Shown piece after piece: positions 14,215 to 26,659 of a stretch of 64,000 nt of DNA. The position numbers and the translations under genes were made by a program. The notes beneath the pieces were generated by a model that saw nothing but the letters and a program-made list of their open reading frames with translations, did no database searches and had not been told where the DNA came from. Positions within the stretch are counted from its first letter, which is position 1, and each line of letters begins with the position of its first letter. The DNA lies in contig NC_043003.1 in NCBI RefSeq assembly GCF_006345805.1, forward strand, positions 113,522,001 to 113,586,000. The letters are read 5' to 3'. Origin of the DNA: Octopus sinensis (Eukaryota).

Positions 14215-14321
14215 ATTATGCATATAAAAATATATAATATATATAAACATATATATATATATGAATATAAACATATATATATATATATCATATATATATA
14301 TATATATATACATAAACATAA

Positions 14322-14352
<31 letters not shown>

Positions 14353-14516
14353 CATAAACAAATATATATACATATATATATATAAACATATATATATATA
14401 TATATACATAAACGTAAATATATATACAAATATATATAAACATATATATATATATTATATATATACAAGCATATATATATCATATATATATATACATAAA
14501 CATATATATATACATA

Positions 14517-14582
<66 letters not shown>

Positions 14583-14601
14583 GCATATATATATATGCAT
14601 A

Positions 14602-14632
<31 letters not shown>
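14215..14632. repeat. (TA)n compound microsatellite
   Basis: Read directly from the sequence. Confidence 0.95.
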
Positions 14633-14634
<2 letters not shown>

Positions 14635-16288
14635 CTTATCAAATTACATGTATAAATTATATAAATATTTAAGAAGCTTCTGAGCAAAGCAGGTGACAAT
14701 TTATGCAAAATACCTAAGGTGATGTCAATAAATGAAATCACAAAGAAAAGATATTGTATAACATTTTCTTGATAATAGAATGTTTTTATAGTATTTCAGA
14801 AATGATTATCCTTCCCAAATGTAGGGAAGGAATTAACCAAGAGTTCCAGGCAGATAAATCCTATTACTTATCATACTTATTTGAATGTAAGTGTGTGTGC
14901 ATTCATATGTGTATGGGTACACGTATATATATATATATATGTATGTATGTATATATATATATGTATATATATACATACATACATGTGAATGTAATATGTA
15001 TATATGCATATAGCATACGTACATATAATGTTATATATATATGCAAGTGTGTGGGCAGATATACATTATGTGTGTGTGTGTGTGTACACACATACATATA
15101 CACCATTTGTATACATATCTATGAACATGTATATAACTATATGCATCTACACATACCTATAAGTATTACCATATTTGCCAGCATATAAGAGATCCCCTTG
15201 CATCAGACACACCACTATTTTACAAGTATATTTTGTGGAAAAAACAAATTTAGTATGTTTCATTATAGACCTACTGAAAGATATTTTAACATGGTTTTGT
15301 AGAGGAAAATATGTGATTCTGCGCATATAAATCCAATGCTCTGACACTAGACTGGAATAAAGTATGAAGCCATGAATAAAGTATGTTAAATGAGAACTAT
15401 ATTCCAACTGTATAATTGTTTACATTATTGTCAAGACAATTTCCATACAGGATGTAAAACTTTTAGTTTTGGCTGTAGCAGCAACTGGCTACCAGAATGG
15501 TACATCACTGCTATGTTTTTGTTGTCATCCACTTGTGGCAACTAACTGTTTAGCAAATGCAAATTTAATATTCCTTTCATCTTTCTAAAACAATTTTCAT
15601 TTAGATAATTAACTCCACTTTACTGCTGACATACTATAAACAATTTGTCCTAAGTTTCTGATACCAAACTCTGATATTCTGACTTGTTTCCAAGATTTCA
15701 TTATCAGTTGCACTTATGCTTATCCAACTCTCTAGCCTTTGACATTTAGTCTCCCATTAGATGCAGGGTAAATTTTTGATACATTAATTAGTTTAAAATG
15801 TGTGCATTATATGCCAGCAAATATGGTGTATAGGCTGTGCATAATATGTGAGCATGTATGCTTGTGTGTATGCATGTGTGTGCCGTTGATAGACATGTGA
15901 CTAATGGCTGTGTTTGTTTATGTTGCAATATTGACTGTGCTTTGGTTTGTGATTTACATCTGATGTTGATTCGTCTCCTGTAAAACTCATCTCAGTAAAA
16001 ACATGTTGGAGTTGCAGAACAGCTGAATACCTCGAAAACATAAGAAAGGAGAAAGACTTTGTTATTGATTTGTAAAATGTATAAAAGAAATTCGTTGGGA
16101 ACCAGTTAAATACTTGTAGTAGAAAAATAGCATACAAATTCGAGTACTATTTAAAAAAAGGAATCGCATATTAGGCTTTTGGGTAGATTGTAAAGACAAA
16201 CGGTTGGGATTGCCTACAGGATTTGATGGGGAGGTAATGGAAAATTTGAAAGTGGGGCAGAGAAACGTAAAAAAAGCTGCCAACTTGC

Positions 16289-17363
16289 CATGCAAAACAG
16301 ACTGCACACGTCCATAGGTAGCCAACGCGACTGCATCACTGCTATCAGTAGTTACATGCACAATGGAACCTGTTGTGTTCACATCTGTCTCCAATGAAGT
16401 AATCTCTCCAGTTGGCTGGCTCCCCTTCAGGAGTCGTCCCATCATGTCGTACTCATAAAAGTAGGTTTTCCCATTGGACATGTGCTTGGAAACCAGCAGT
16501 CCTGAGCTTGGGAGATATTTGAATGTGGATGATTTGTTGTCAGGTGCAATAAAACGGTGCAGCAGGTAAATGTTGTCTGTGTTGATCTTGCATTTTGAAC
16601 CATCTGGTGCCAAAATGAACTGTGCTTGCAAGTCAAAGCTGCGTTTAATTTGGATGCGGTTGCCAGCTGCATCAGACACTTCTACCAGTTTCCCATAGAA
16701 GGAATTGACACTGTATGTGTAGTTGTACATGAATAGATTGGTCATTATGTTTATTGAATACTGGTGCTGACCGTTCTTGTTAAATATATACAATTCTTGA
16801 GTTTCAGGAGACATCACTTCATATTGATTGAGCAAGTTAGGTTGAGGAAGTTCAGAAACAATAGAATACAAGCGCAAATTTCCCATGTCAGCTATATGCA
16901 TCACGCCATCGGGTGTAACTGTTATTGATGTGGGTGTGTATAGCAACGCTTGAGCTGCCAGGGTTTCTTTGGAATCATAGCATTTACAGTTCGGTTTTTC
17001 ACAGTCACATTTCGATTTTGCTCCAGCAAAATGATGAATTCTTCCATCAGTCGTAACAACCCTCACTCGGTTGATTTGGTGACTGTCACTCTCTACAATA
17101 TACAAGTCTCCGTGAGGACTGAATGTCATACTTTCAGGAGAAGATAAACTAACATGGTTGGCGATACTTGAGGCCTGCTCGTCATCAGAGAGGATGCCGG
17201 TTGGTAAGAAGCTTGTCTGTTTTAATGGACAGTGCGCTTGTCGACCAGCAACAACAATGAGCTTCTTGTCCAAGGTGAATTTCAGCACCACCTTGTTGTC
17301 GAGTATGTGAAGCGTATCATCCAGAGGGTCAATGGCCAAAGCAGTTGGCCAACGAAGGCTCAC
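16289..17363 (-). CDS. TENM: Teneurin coding exon K (last NHL blades and first YD repeats)
   Basis: Acceptor ttcttttattttcag|GTG; VSLRWPTALAIDPLDDTLHILD...AGAKSKCDC...LYTPTSITVTPDG...YFYEYDMMGRLLKGSQPTGE...VQSVLH. The 3' boundary is inferred at CATG|gcaagt (GC donor). 1075 nt, phase 0-1. The 3' end is less certain than the rest. Confidence 0.9.
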
Positions 17364-17524
17364 CTGAAAATAAAAGAAGAAAACCAAAGTCAATAAATTA
17401 GCAGCAACAATAGCACAAATAGGAATATAAATATAATATATATATACATGTGTATGTATATGTGTGTGTGTGCGTGTGTATATATATATATGTGTGTGTG
17501 TGTATATATATATGTGTATATATG

Positions 17525-17729
17525 TGACCTCGTGAGTACCACTGGCGATTTTTTTCCTCTGTCTTCCCTTCTCGGGATCTTTCCTTCTCCTATGTTTCCG
17601 ACGAAGAGCTCCGCTCGAAACGTTAAACCTCCTTCTTCCCTTCTTTCCTGAGCGTCCATTAATACTTTATTTGTTCCACATCCTCGCGTTGTTGTGTTTT
17701 TTGTTTTTTTTGTGTTTTCTTGTTTGGAT

Positions 17730-17735
<6 letters not shown>
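17525..17735 (+). mobile_element. Short Penelope-like terminal repeat remnant with hammerhead-like motif
   Basis: Unique ~210-bp insert between (TA)n tracts, containing GTTT-CCGACGA-A-GAGC/TCC/GCTC-GAAA-CGTT-AAAC. The PLE assignment is inference. Confidence 0.55.
17594..17628 (+). ncRNA. Minimal type-I hammerhead ribozyme-like motif (U4C variant)
   Basis: Helix I GTTT/AAAC, core CCGACGA, helix II GAGC/GCTC, GAAA, palindromic ACGT helix III, GUU triplet. Activity untested. Confidence 0.55.
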
Positions 17736-17772
<37 letters not shown>

Positions 17773-18199
17773 ATGTATGCATGTATATATATATATGTAT
17801 GTATGTATGTATGTATGAGACCACTTTTTATAAACAAACATGGAAGTATCAAGTCAGTAGGTGTTTTTAGAGATGAAGGAAATGTTGAGTGCAAGAGAAT
17901 AGCTGTAAAGACAGCAAATTGGGTAAGGTACACCAAGAGATGGGGAAAAAAGTGGACAACTTGGTACTTTCCATCTGTAAGAGTGTTCTATTGAATTTTC
18001 TGTTTTCACAGCTACATCTATATGTAGGTTGTGTGTGTGTGTGTGTGTGTGTGTGTGAGTGTGTTTGTGTGGTGTTGTGCAGTTAAGAAGGTTGTTCCCA
18101 GTCATATTGCCCAGAGGGGCCAGTCCCACTGAAAATGTTAGCCCCTGTAGCTCTAGCATCACCAAAATTCTATATGTGTGTATGGGTGTCTCCTCTATG

Positions 18200-18700
18200 C
18201 CGTAGAATACTTGGCCCTCTCCTGCAGGCATATCAAATGAGTCCAACTTCATCATCTGCATTTCATCTTGCATATCAAATGGCAGGATTGCATTCCCAAA
18301 ATAAAGGTCCTGCACTGCACTAGTGCAGTTAGTGTGGATGCCCTCATTACCTCATTGCAACTCCGCTGGGCAGGGCATGTTTGCAGGATGGAGAGTGGCC
18401 GACTCCAAAAGGCAGTTTGCTATGCTGAAGTGCATCAGGGTAGGTGGAGCCAACATGGCCAGATATTGCGATACAGGGATGTGCTGAAAAGACATTTGAA
18501 GAACTCCGGCATCCCACCAGACTCCAGAGAGGAAAGTTCCAATCACTGAAGAACACAATTCCAGCCATTGAAGAGAAACAACAGAGAGAATATGAAAGAG
18601 CCCATGAGAGGCATCACTTCTCTGTTGCATCAAGTAGCTCCCCCTGCAGCAGATGCCATTGCAGCTGCAGGTCAAGAACTGGCCTTGAGGCCCCGATGTA
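18200..18700 (+). mobile_element. RTE LINE ORF2 C-terminal fragment
   Basis: HIKWQDCIP...LQLRWAGHVCRMESGRL...RYRDVLKRHLK, followed by a CxxC...RTGL zinc-knuckle-like remnant. Confidence 0.85.
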
Positions 18701-19348
18701 AGCCTACTAGAGATAAATACTGGACAAGAACAGCCAAAGCTGATGCCTGATGGACAGCAGCCAGAGATGACATTATAGTAATGAAAGTAAGGAAAGAAGT
18801 AGCAAAATCCCGGTTATGTTGGTTCCTGCAACTGAACAAAGCCTCAGTTAGATTTACTCTTTCCTTGCTTAAATTACTTTTATTTTTATTTTTATATACA
18901 CTCTGCAGAGTGTATATTATGCCTACTGCGGCTTTAGTGGGAGTTTCAAAGTGCTCCCCTTTCTAATTAGTCGGAGTTTCACTAACCTCCCTTTGATTAT
19001 TGGAAGACTGTGCTAGCTTAGGATCCGGCATAATACGCTGAGGAAATGATTACCATGATTATATCTTTCCCCTTGATCAATGTGTGTGTGTATATATGTA
19101 TACATTTCTATATATTTATATTTATGTACATTTATATGGTGGCTTATTATGGCTGTCTAAGAGTGACCGTTGCTTTTGCACATGTAAAGCACTTAGCTAT
19201 ATAGGTACATAAACTCTCAACAATAGGAAGGAAGAATATGGTAAGGTCAGTTAATTTTGTAAATGAAAAATGTATATGTGTGTATATATGTGTGTACCTA
19301 TCTACCTATATATTATACATATATAAATGTGTATATGTATGTGTATGT

Positions 19349-19397
<49 letters not shown>

Positions 19398-21187
19398 TAG
19401 ATAGATAGATAGATACCCATACATTAGATGTATGTGCTTGTGTACACAAACACAGACATGCATAAGAAGAATTAGATGCAGTGTGCAAGAAAGAAGACTG
19501 TGCTGGTTTGGTCTTATGATATGGAGGGAGGCTGACAGCTCCCTAAAAAAGTGCTGACCTCTCAAAGAGGAGGGAATACGTAGAAGAGAAAGACCAATGA
19601 AAATGCAGGACAAAGTAGTGAAAATGATCTGTAGTTGTGGTGGAATACAGAGGAGATGAGAAAGGACTAAGTTGATTGGCAACATGCTGTGCTCAAGAAG
19701 ACTCCCGCATCACAGCAAAACCGGTACCCCCCGCATCAGCTGTGAGGATGAGGCAGCCTGTTGATCCAATCAACAGAACTGTCTGCTCATGAAATTAATG
19801 GGCATGTGGCTGAGCGCTCTACAACCATGAATTCCTTGAATTCACGATACCTTGATTCATCATAACACAATAAGTGGCCCTTTAAAATGCACGTACAACT
19901 AATTTTTGCTATCTGAGGTGGAGACAAGAGCAATGGGAAATAAACCGTCTTGTTCAATTGTGCAAGGCCCTGCTGGGAGTGAAACCCTTACGATTGTGAA
20001 CCGAATACCCTCACCACTACCTTCTCTATCACAGCAAATATGTGTTTATGTCATTATCTCTGGATCCAGTCTCTTCCTGTTGTATCCCTTTTTAAACACC
20101 TCTTCATCTTCCCTACACCCTGTGTCCATCATTGGCACTGTTCATTCAGCTCCTAAGATAAACTTACCTCTCACTCTCCCTGGAACTATTTCCTTTGTCT
20201 CTTGCATTCTCAGTATCATTCCTTATTCCTTATTCCCCTCTGAACACCCTGTTTACCTTTCCATTTCTTCTGCATATTTTGCCAAAAGCACCACTCACCT
20301 GCAACCTCGATTCAACCCCCAGTATTTTCATTCCTGTGAACCTTTGACCTCGTTTGGCACCTTGCATCTCTTTTGCACCTCATCCCCAAACATTTCACAT
20401 TCTCTCTGCTGCTATTCATTATCTCCTTGACCCACTCCTACCGCTTTCACCTCCCCCACAACTGACCACACCTCCACCCAGATTCCCATTGATTACATTC
20501 ACCCCTATCTCCATCCACCTGTTAGACTCCTTTTGCATTCTTGCAAATTTACTTACCTACCCACTCACCCTGTCCTCTCCTTTAAACTAATTCTCTTCTA
20601 TTCATCCTCCTGTCACATTTTTCCCACATTTCTCTTTTTTAACTGGGGTAGCCATGTATCTACTCTACAGCAACACATGCTTCTGATGCTCTGCCATACT
20701 TTAACCTCTCCTCACCTAGCATTAAAACACCTCCCTCAACACTGCACCTCCACAGCTGTGGGTCTTATCTTGCAAGTTACCCTGCTAGTGCTGGTGCCAC
20801 ATAAAAAGCACCCAGTACACTCTGTGTAATGGTTGGTGATAGGAAGAGCATCCAGCTATAGAAACCAATAAAAAAACAAACACTGAAATTCAGTGCAGTC
20901 CTCTGGCCCAGCAGATCCTGTCGATCCAGTCAACACATGCCACTATCATGGACAATGGACATTAAATTATGAGGACGATGAGACGATGATGATATACAAA
21001 GATACTGTGTGATTGTGTTTCATAAGCATTCCAGTTCTGGTAAAAGTATTACTTGTTCAACAGTTTCTAGTTTATAGAGGTTTTGTTGCACACACACATA
21101 TATATATAGCGAGTAACTCAAAATAGGTATGAAGTTTTGTAGATAATTATGCAATGTGAAGAAAGAAATGAAGTGAGCAATATTTAC

Positions 21188-21345
21188 CTTGTCGGCAGAT
21201 ACAATTTCATCACATGGCAATGGTGTCCATTTACCAACCAGTTCTTGAGAACCAATTAGGGTGCTGATGCGGCCATTGGTACTGACATGGCGAATGTTGG
21301 GACCATCAGCGAAGTAGATGACACCATCTTTGTTGATTGCAATAC
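21188..21345 (-). CDS. TENM: Teneurin coding exon J (NHL repeats)
   Basis: Acceptor ttcctttcatccag|GT; GIAINKDGVIYFADGPNIRHVSTNGRISTLIGSQ...PLPCDEIVSADK; donor AAG|gtaaat; 158 nt, phase 1-0. Confidence 0.95.
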
Positions 21346-21819
21346 CTGGATGAAAGGAAGAAAATGTAACCAAAATAAATTATTACAGCTGATACCAGAA
21401 GAGATAATCCTAAAAAAAATCTATGGTAAAATTCAGACAATGCAATGCTGCTTGTGCTGAGGTGAAATCAGTTCCCTGGGACTGTTGAAGAATATGATAA
21501 AGCACTCAGTATTCATGGTAGACCACACAGTAGTTCCTGCATTAAGGTTTAATTAAAAAAAAAAAAACAGGCAACTAAAAATCCCCAGGCTCTTAGATTT
21601 TTATTGTCTCCCATAAGCAATTACTTATCATTCCATTCTGTGTGTGTGTGTGTGTGAGTGAGTGTGTGTGTGTGTGCATGAATGTCTGTGTGTCTTCGTC
21701 TTGACACCACATGATGGTTTTTAACAAGCTTTAAAGTCTTCCATGAAAACATGCTTGAGAGTTACCAGTTGTGGGAGTACCTACCGTGTTTCACTCGTCA
21801 GACTGGGACCATACAGGGG

Positions 21820-22145
21820 CAACACCTTGAGGTATTTAAGTCAAATAGATCAACTACAGTACTTATTCTATCTCAGTCTCCTTTGCTGAGCCACTAAGTT
21901 ACAGGGACATGTCAACACCAGTTGTCAAGTAGTGTTCAAGGACAAATACACACATAAACACACACACATAAACACACACACATACACACACACACATAAA
22001 CACACACACACACATATACAATGGGCTTTTTTCTACCAAATCCATGATGCACAAGGCTTAGGCTATAAAAGAAGACCCTTGCCCAAAGTGCCACATGGGG
22101 GACTGAACTCAGTCATGTGGTTGGGAATACATAGTTCTGCCAACA
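21820..22145 (-). mobile_element. Decayed SINE copy, family of 55328-55735
   Basis: gtacttattctat...ctttgctgagccactaagttacaggg...(CA)n...gacccttgcccaaagtgccac matches the family. Confidence 0.7.
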
Positions 22146-22208
22146 TGGTTTCATTAAGTGTGAAATTAAAAAAACAAATGCAAAGTAACAGGTAACACAC
22201 AATCCTAC

Positions 22209-22444
22209 CTTTAGGATGACTCAAGCGAGCTTTCACAGCCAAGCTTCCATCCCCGCAGAGAGCAGTCTCTCCAGGTGTACATTCCTCCCCATTACCAGCA
22301 ATGACTTCAAAGTTTTCTTCAAGGCGTCGTACTGGACCCATTGTCTTTACTCGCAGAATCTTATGACTCATAGAGTCTGATATGTAGAGGCGGCCATCAA
22401 CAGGACTCACAGTCATGTAATATTTGTAGGCTATGGATGATGTG
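22209..22444 (-). CDS. TENM: Teneurin coding exon I (NHL repeats)
   Basis: Acceptor ttttatttttgcag|C; STSSIAYKYYMTVSPVDGRLYISD...EVIAGNGEECTPG...CGDGSLAVKARLSHPK; donor AAAG|gtagga; 236 nt, phase 2-1. Confidence 0.95.
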
Positions 22445-22512
22445 CTGCAAAAATAAAACATTGATTTTCAGTGAACCAGTGGACAAATACACAAAGATGC
22501 TGTCATACATAT

Positions 22513-22899
22513 GGATGGAAGCACTCCGTCGCTTACGACGATGAGGGTTCCGGTTGATCCGAATCAACGGAACAGCCTGCTCATGAAATTAATGTGTAAG
22601 TGGCTGAGCACTCCACAGACACGTGCACCCTTAACGTAGTTCTTGGGGATATTCAGCGTGACACAGAGAGTGACAAGGCCAGCCCCTTGAAATACAGGTA
22701 CAACAGAAAGAGGAAGTAAGAGTAAGAGAAAGTTGTGGTGAAAGAGTACAGCAGGGATCACCACCATCACCTGCAGGAGCCTCGTGGAGCTTTAGGTGTT
22801 TTCGCTCAATAAACACTCACAACTCCCGGTCTGGGAGTTGAAACCGCGATCCTATGACCGCGAGTCCGCTGCCCTAACCACTGGGCCATTGCACCTCCA
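22513..22899 (-). mobile_element. Full-length tRNA-derived SINE, same family as 52180-52564
   Basis: 13-bp TSD CTGTCATACATAT (22500-22512, 22900-22912); same head and body as the 52 kb copy. Confidence 0.9.
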
Positions 22900-23439
22900 C
22901 TGTCATACATATATACATCATATCACACGTGCACACATACACAGACACACATATATGTATATGTAAATGCACATGATAATAATATTAGGGAGTATATCCA
23001 AACTTACAGGGGAAAATTAGATTTAGGATTAAATCAAATTTCACAGTATAAATATAAATATAAATAAATATAAATTAAATTAGAGATAAAACCACTATTA
23101 GGCAAATCAATCAGTGAAAGACATAAACCAAAACATAAAAATAAATATAATTAAATAAAAAAATATAAAAATTTATGAATATAAATTTAAAATTTAAAAT
23201 TTTATATTTTATATATTTTGTAAATGCATATACATAAAATACAAAATACAAAGTTATATCTTGAGATCGCTAGTGATAACAATACTCAAAATATATAACA
23301 GACTGCAATTGTAGTGCTCCAAATGAGTTGTATTCCGCTTATAACTCTGAGTAGAGGCAATGTCAAAAGCCAAACAACTGCATCAAGCTATACTCTCTGC
23401 TTTAGATTGGTCTCTAAGGATTGAAGTAAAAATACAATC

Positions 23440-23990
23440 TGCTCTAAACTCCCCTGCGATGTCTTGTGGGACTATAATGAATAGAAAACTACTTGATGGA
23501 CTTTTACCTTCATGCTAAATTCATCACTGAATCTGTTGTCAAGCCTCACTTTCCTTCTTTCATCTTTGTACACATCTTGTGCCACCTTCACAAACATTTT
23601 TCTACACTTGCTTTCTTCAGTGACCACCAAATTGCAGAATGTGAAGTATTTTCCTCTGCAGTTACGTCCCTATGACGATTCCACCCGTAGCACCTCTTCC
23701 AGGCACAAAGTCAAACCGAATCCCATCCGGGTCTACCCTATCATGGATCATTTGTGTAGACTTTCTCTATCACCTTTAGAGCTTGGTCAAGAAGTTTGAT
23801 TTCCCTATAATGTCCTCTCTTTAAGGCCTCTCCTTTCACTTTATAACAGTTTACAATGAAACTATTTTGCTGGTCATTGGTTCCAATACGTCCTGATATA
23901 ACTTGATTAACTAACCAGGTGCTAATCACGTATTCTTCTTCGTCACATATCTTCAGCATGTCTGCAACTATCCCTGATTGACTCACAACC
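23440..23990 (-). mobile_element. RTE LINE reverse-transcriptase fragment
   Basis: SGIVADMLK...IVNCYKVKGEALKRGHYREIKLLDQALKVIEKV...FVPGRGATG. Confidence 0.82.
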
Positions 23991-25107
23991 TTGTTTTCAT
24001 CTCCCTAATCTTTTTACCCCATTGTTGTTAACTTGAATTGCTGATCCCCCTCATATAACACACAATCATCTTATCCGGAAGAATTTGTCAGATAATGGAA
24101 TACCACAGACACAGAAAGACAGGACAGTCAGGTTTTGTAAATTTTTTATCCTGTTTCTAAGAGATGTTCTCAGACATAACAACAAGTAAAGCATGAATGG
24201 ATATTTAGGACTTGCAGACAAAAATAAACAACAGAGCAATTCCACCCCTCCATCCAAAGCATTTTCAAGTGTAAACTGTATCTACAGCCAATATTTCCAC
24301 TCCTACAAACAGTTTGCACAAAATCAATATTACACCACCACTATCTCCTTAATTATAATACGCAACTTGGTCCAAAGTCAGCTTAACCTTTCATCTTTTT
24401 GGGATTAATAAAATAAGTACCAGTTATGTACTGAGGTCAATGAAATCAGCTTAAACCCCTCTCCTGAAATTGCTGGCCTTGTGCCAAAATTTGAAACCAA
24501 TATTACTCAACTTGGTAGACAAACAAAAAGAGTGACATCTTTATTTACTTTCAATGTTAAATCAACTTTGCCTCCCATTCGTTGGGATCAGATAAATTAT
24601 ATTTAATTAATATTCTTAGTATTATGCATTCTGCTAAATTTACTCAGAAAATTTGGAGCCTTATGTCAATTTATATTTATTATTATATTTGATTGAAACA
24701 CAGGCATAGTTTACCATAATTTTCGAATCATTAGTGAAGTTGTTCTATTTATAGGTCACTAAATAGTTCTGTTTCTTCATGTTTCAATGCTTTTAAATAT
24801 TTCTGCTCATGTATTTGGTGAGGATTTTATACATTGTATGGAGAAAGCATTGTGAGTGAATGTGTGGGTTTGTGTGTTTGTCTATGTTTTTGACTATGCT
24901 TCTTGTGTTTGTTTGTGTGCACGTGCATGTGTGTGTGTGTGTGTGTGTGTGTGTCTGTGTGTGTGTGCACTTCTTTGTGTAAGTGTCAGTTTTTGTACAG
25001 GCATAGATACGTGCATGTATATGTATGTGCATTTGTTCAAATGCATGCCTGCTTGTTTGCATTTTAATATATGTCACTTTTTGGTATTATGTGTGTGTGT
25101 GTGTGTG

Positions 25108-25205
25108 TTTTAATGTAAACATGTGTGTGGATGTGTGTGTGTGTGTGTGTTTTAATGTAAACATGTGTGTGTGTGTGTGTGTGTGTGTGTTTTAATGTAA
25201 ACATG

Positions 25206-25230
<25 letters not shown>
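25108..25230. repeat. Three tandem units of TTTTAATGTAAACAT+(GT)n
   Basis: Read directly from the sequence. Confidence 0.9.
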
Positions 25231-25239
<9 letters not shown>

Positions 25240-26504
25240 AGTGTGTTGTGAGTATATTTCAATATACACCTGTCTTTAGCAGTGGTTGTTTATTCGTACA
25301 TAAATCTTTGTTGTTGTTGTTATAGTCATTCTGTGTATATTAATATATGGAACATATTTGTGAATGTTAAGAATTTATAGGAACCTGTTTATACACAGTT
25401 TACATAGACCCTGTTAGTGTAGGAGTAAATAAATTTATGTCCTCATAAATATATGCAATTACATATCGCTTGTGTGTGTGTGTGTGTGTGTGTTTTCTCT
25501 AGTTTGTTTGTCTCGCATTACATTCTATCAAACTGACTTTTATTTTCTACATTCTTGCTTAAATTATATTTGACATGTTTCACTGCCAATTATACACACT
25601 TGCAATAACAAAAATCCTTTATAAAACTAATTTCTTTTTCAGTTCTTCTTCCTTATTCCTCAACAGACTTCCTCTCTCTTTATTCTGCTATTTTTTCCTC
25701 CATTCTTCTACTTCTTCACCATTTCCATTTCCCATTGTCTTAGTCCTCCTCCTCCTCCCATCTCCTTCAATCTTATCAGACTTCCTCATTCTTTCTATCT
25801 TCTTACTACTATATCTTTCCCCTTCCTTAAACATTTCTCCATCATCTCCCTACAATTCTTCTTCATCTATTTACTTTTATGCTTCTATTTCTTATTTGCA
25901 TTCCTTCTATATACTTCACCCCCTCCTTCCTTTACTATTTTCTTCTTCCAATTCATCTTGTTGCTTCATTTTCTTTTCCCCCAATTTATGTTAAATGCTG
26001 TCAGAATTTCTTCCCCAACAAACTTTTACTTTCATAATCTATGTTTCAGATTTTCCATATTTCCATTTATTTATTTTTTTTCTTTTCTTGACTGGGAATA
26101 TACTTAGAGTCTAGAGACAATGGGATGTGAACCGGTGTTGCAATAGAGATACTCAACCACTTTTAAATCCTTGAAATTAAGAAAAAATTCAACTGAAATA
26201 TATCATCATCATCATCTTAACATCTGTTTTCCATGCTGGCATGGGTTGAAAGGCTCGACTGGGGTCTGGGAAGCCAGGAGGCTGCACCAGGCTCCAATCT
26301 GATCTGGCAGTGTTTCTACAGCTGGATGCCCTTCCTAATGCCAACCACTCCGACAGTGTAGTGCGTGCTTTGTACATGCCACTGGCACGTAAAAAGCACC
26401 CACTGCAGAGGCAGCTGGCAATGACCACAGTTGGTCGGTGCTTTTTATGTGCCACTGGCACGGAACCCAGTCAAGGCGGCACTGGCATACAAGGTGGCAC
26501 TGGC

Positions 26505-26537
<33 letters not shown>

Positions 26538-26659
26538 CTTTTATATTTAATGTATTGAGAACTGTTGTACTTTGCCAAATGCAATTTGGTCGATCTTTTC
26601 TTTGTACAAGCATTGAGGGCAATGTCTATGAACACAGTTCTATATTTAAGAGATGAGGA

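Noticed and set aside
18108-18165. Plus-strand peptide CPEG...KMLAPVALAS matching LAPVALAS in teneurin exon H
   Set aside because: The codons differ almost throughout, it is on the opposite strand, there is no similarity after ALAS and no splice signals, and it abuts an RTE fragment. An 8-residue match of common residues across six frames is plausibly chance.
19990-20600. Possible LINE endonuclease region on the minus strand
   Set aside because: Only vague motif resemblance in pyrimidine-rich sequence; too decayed to support a call.
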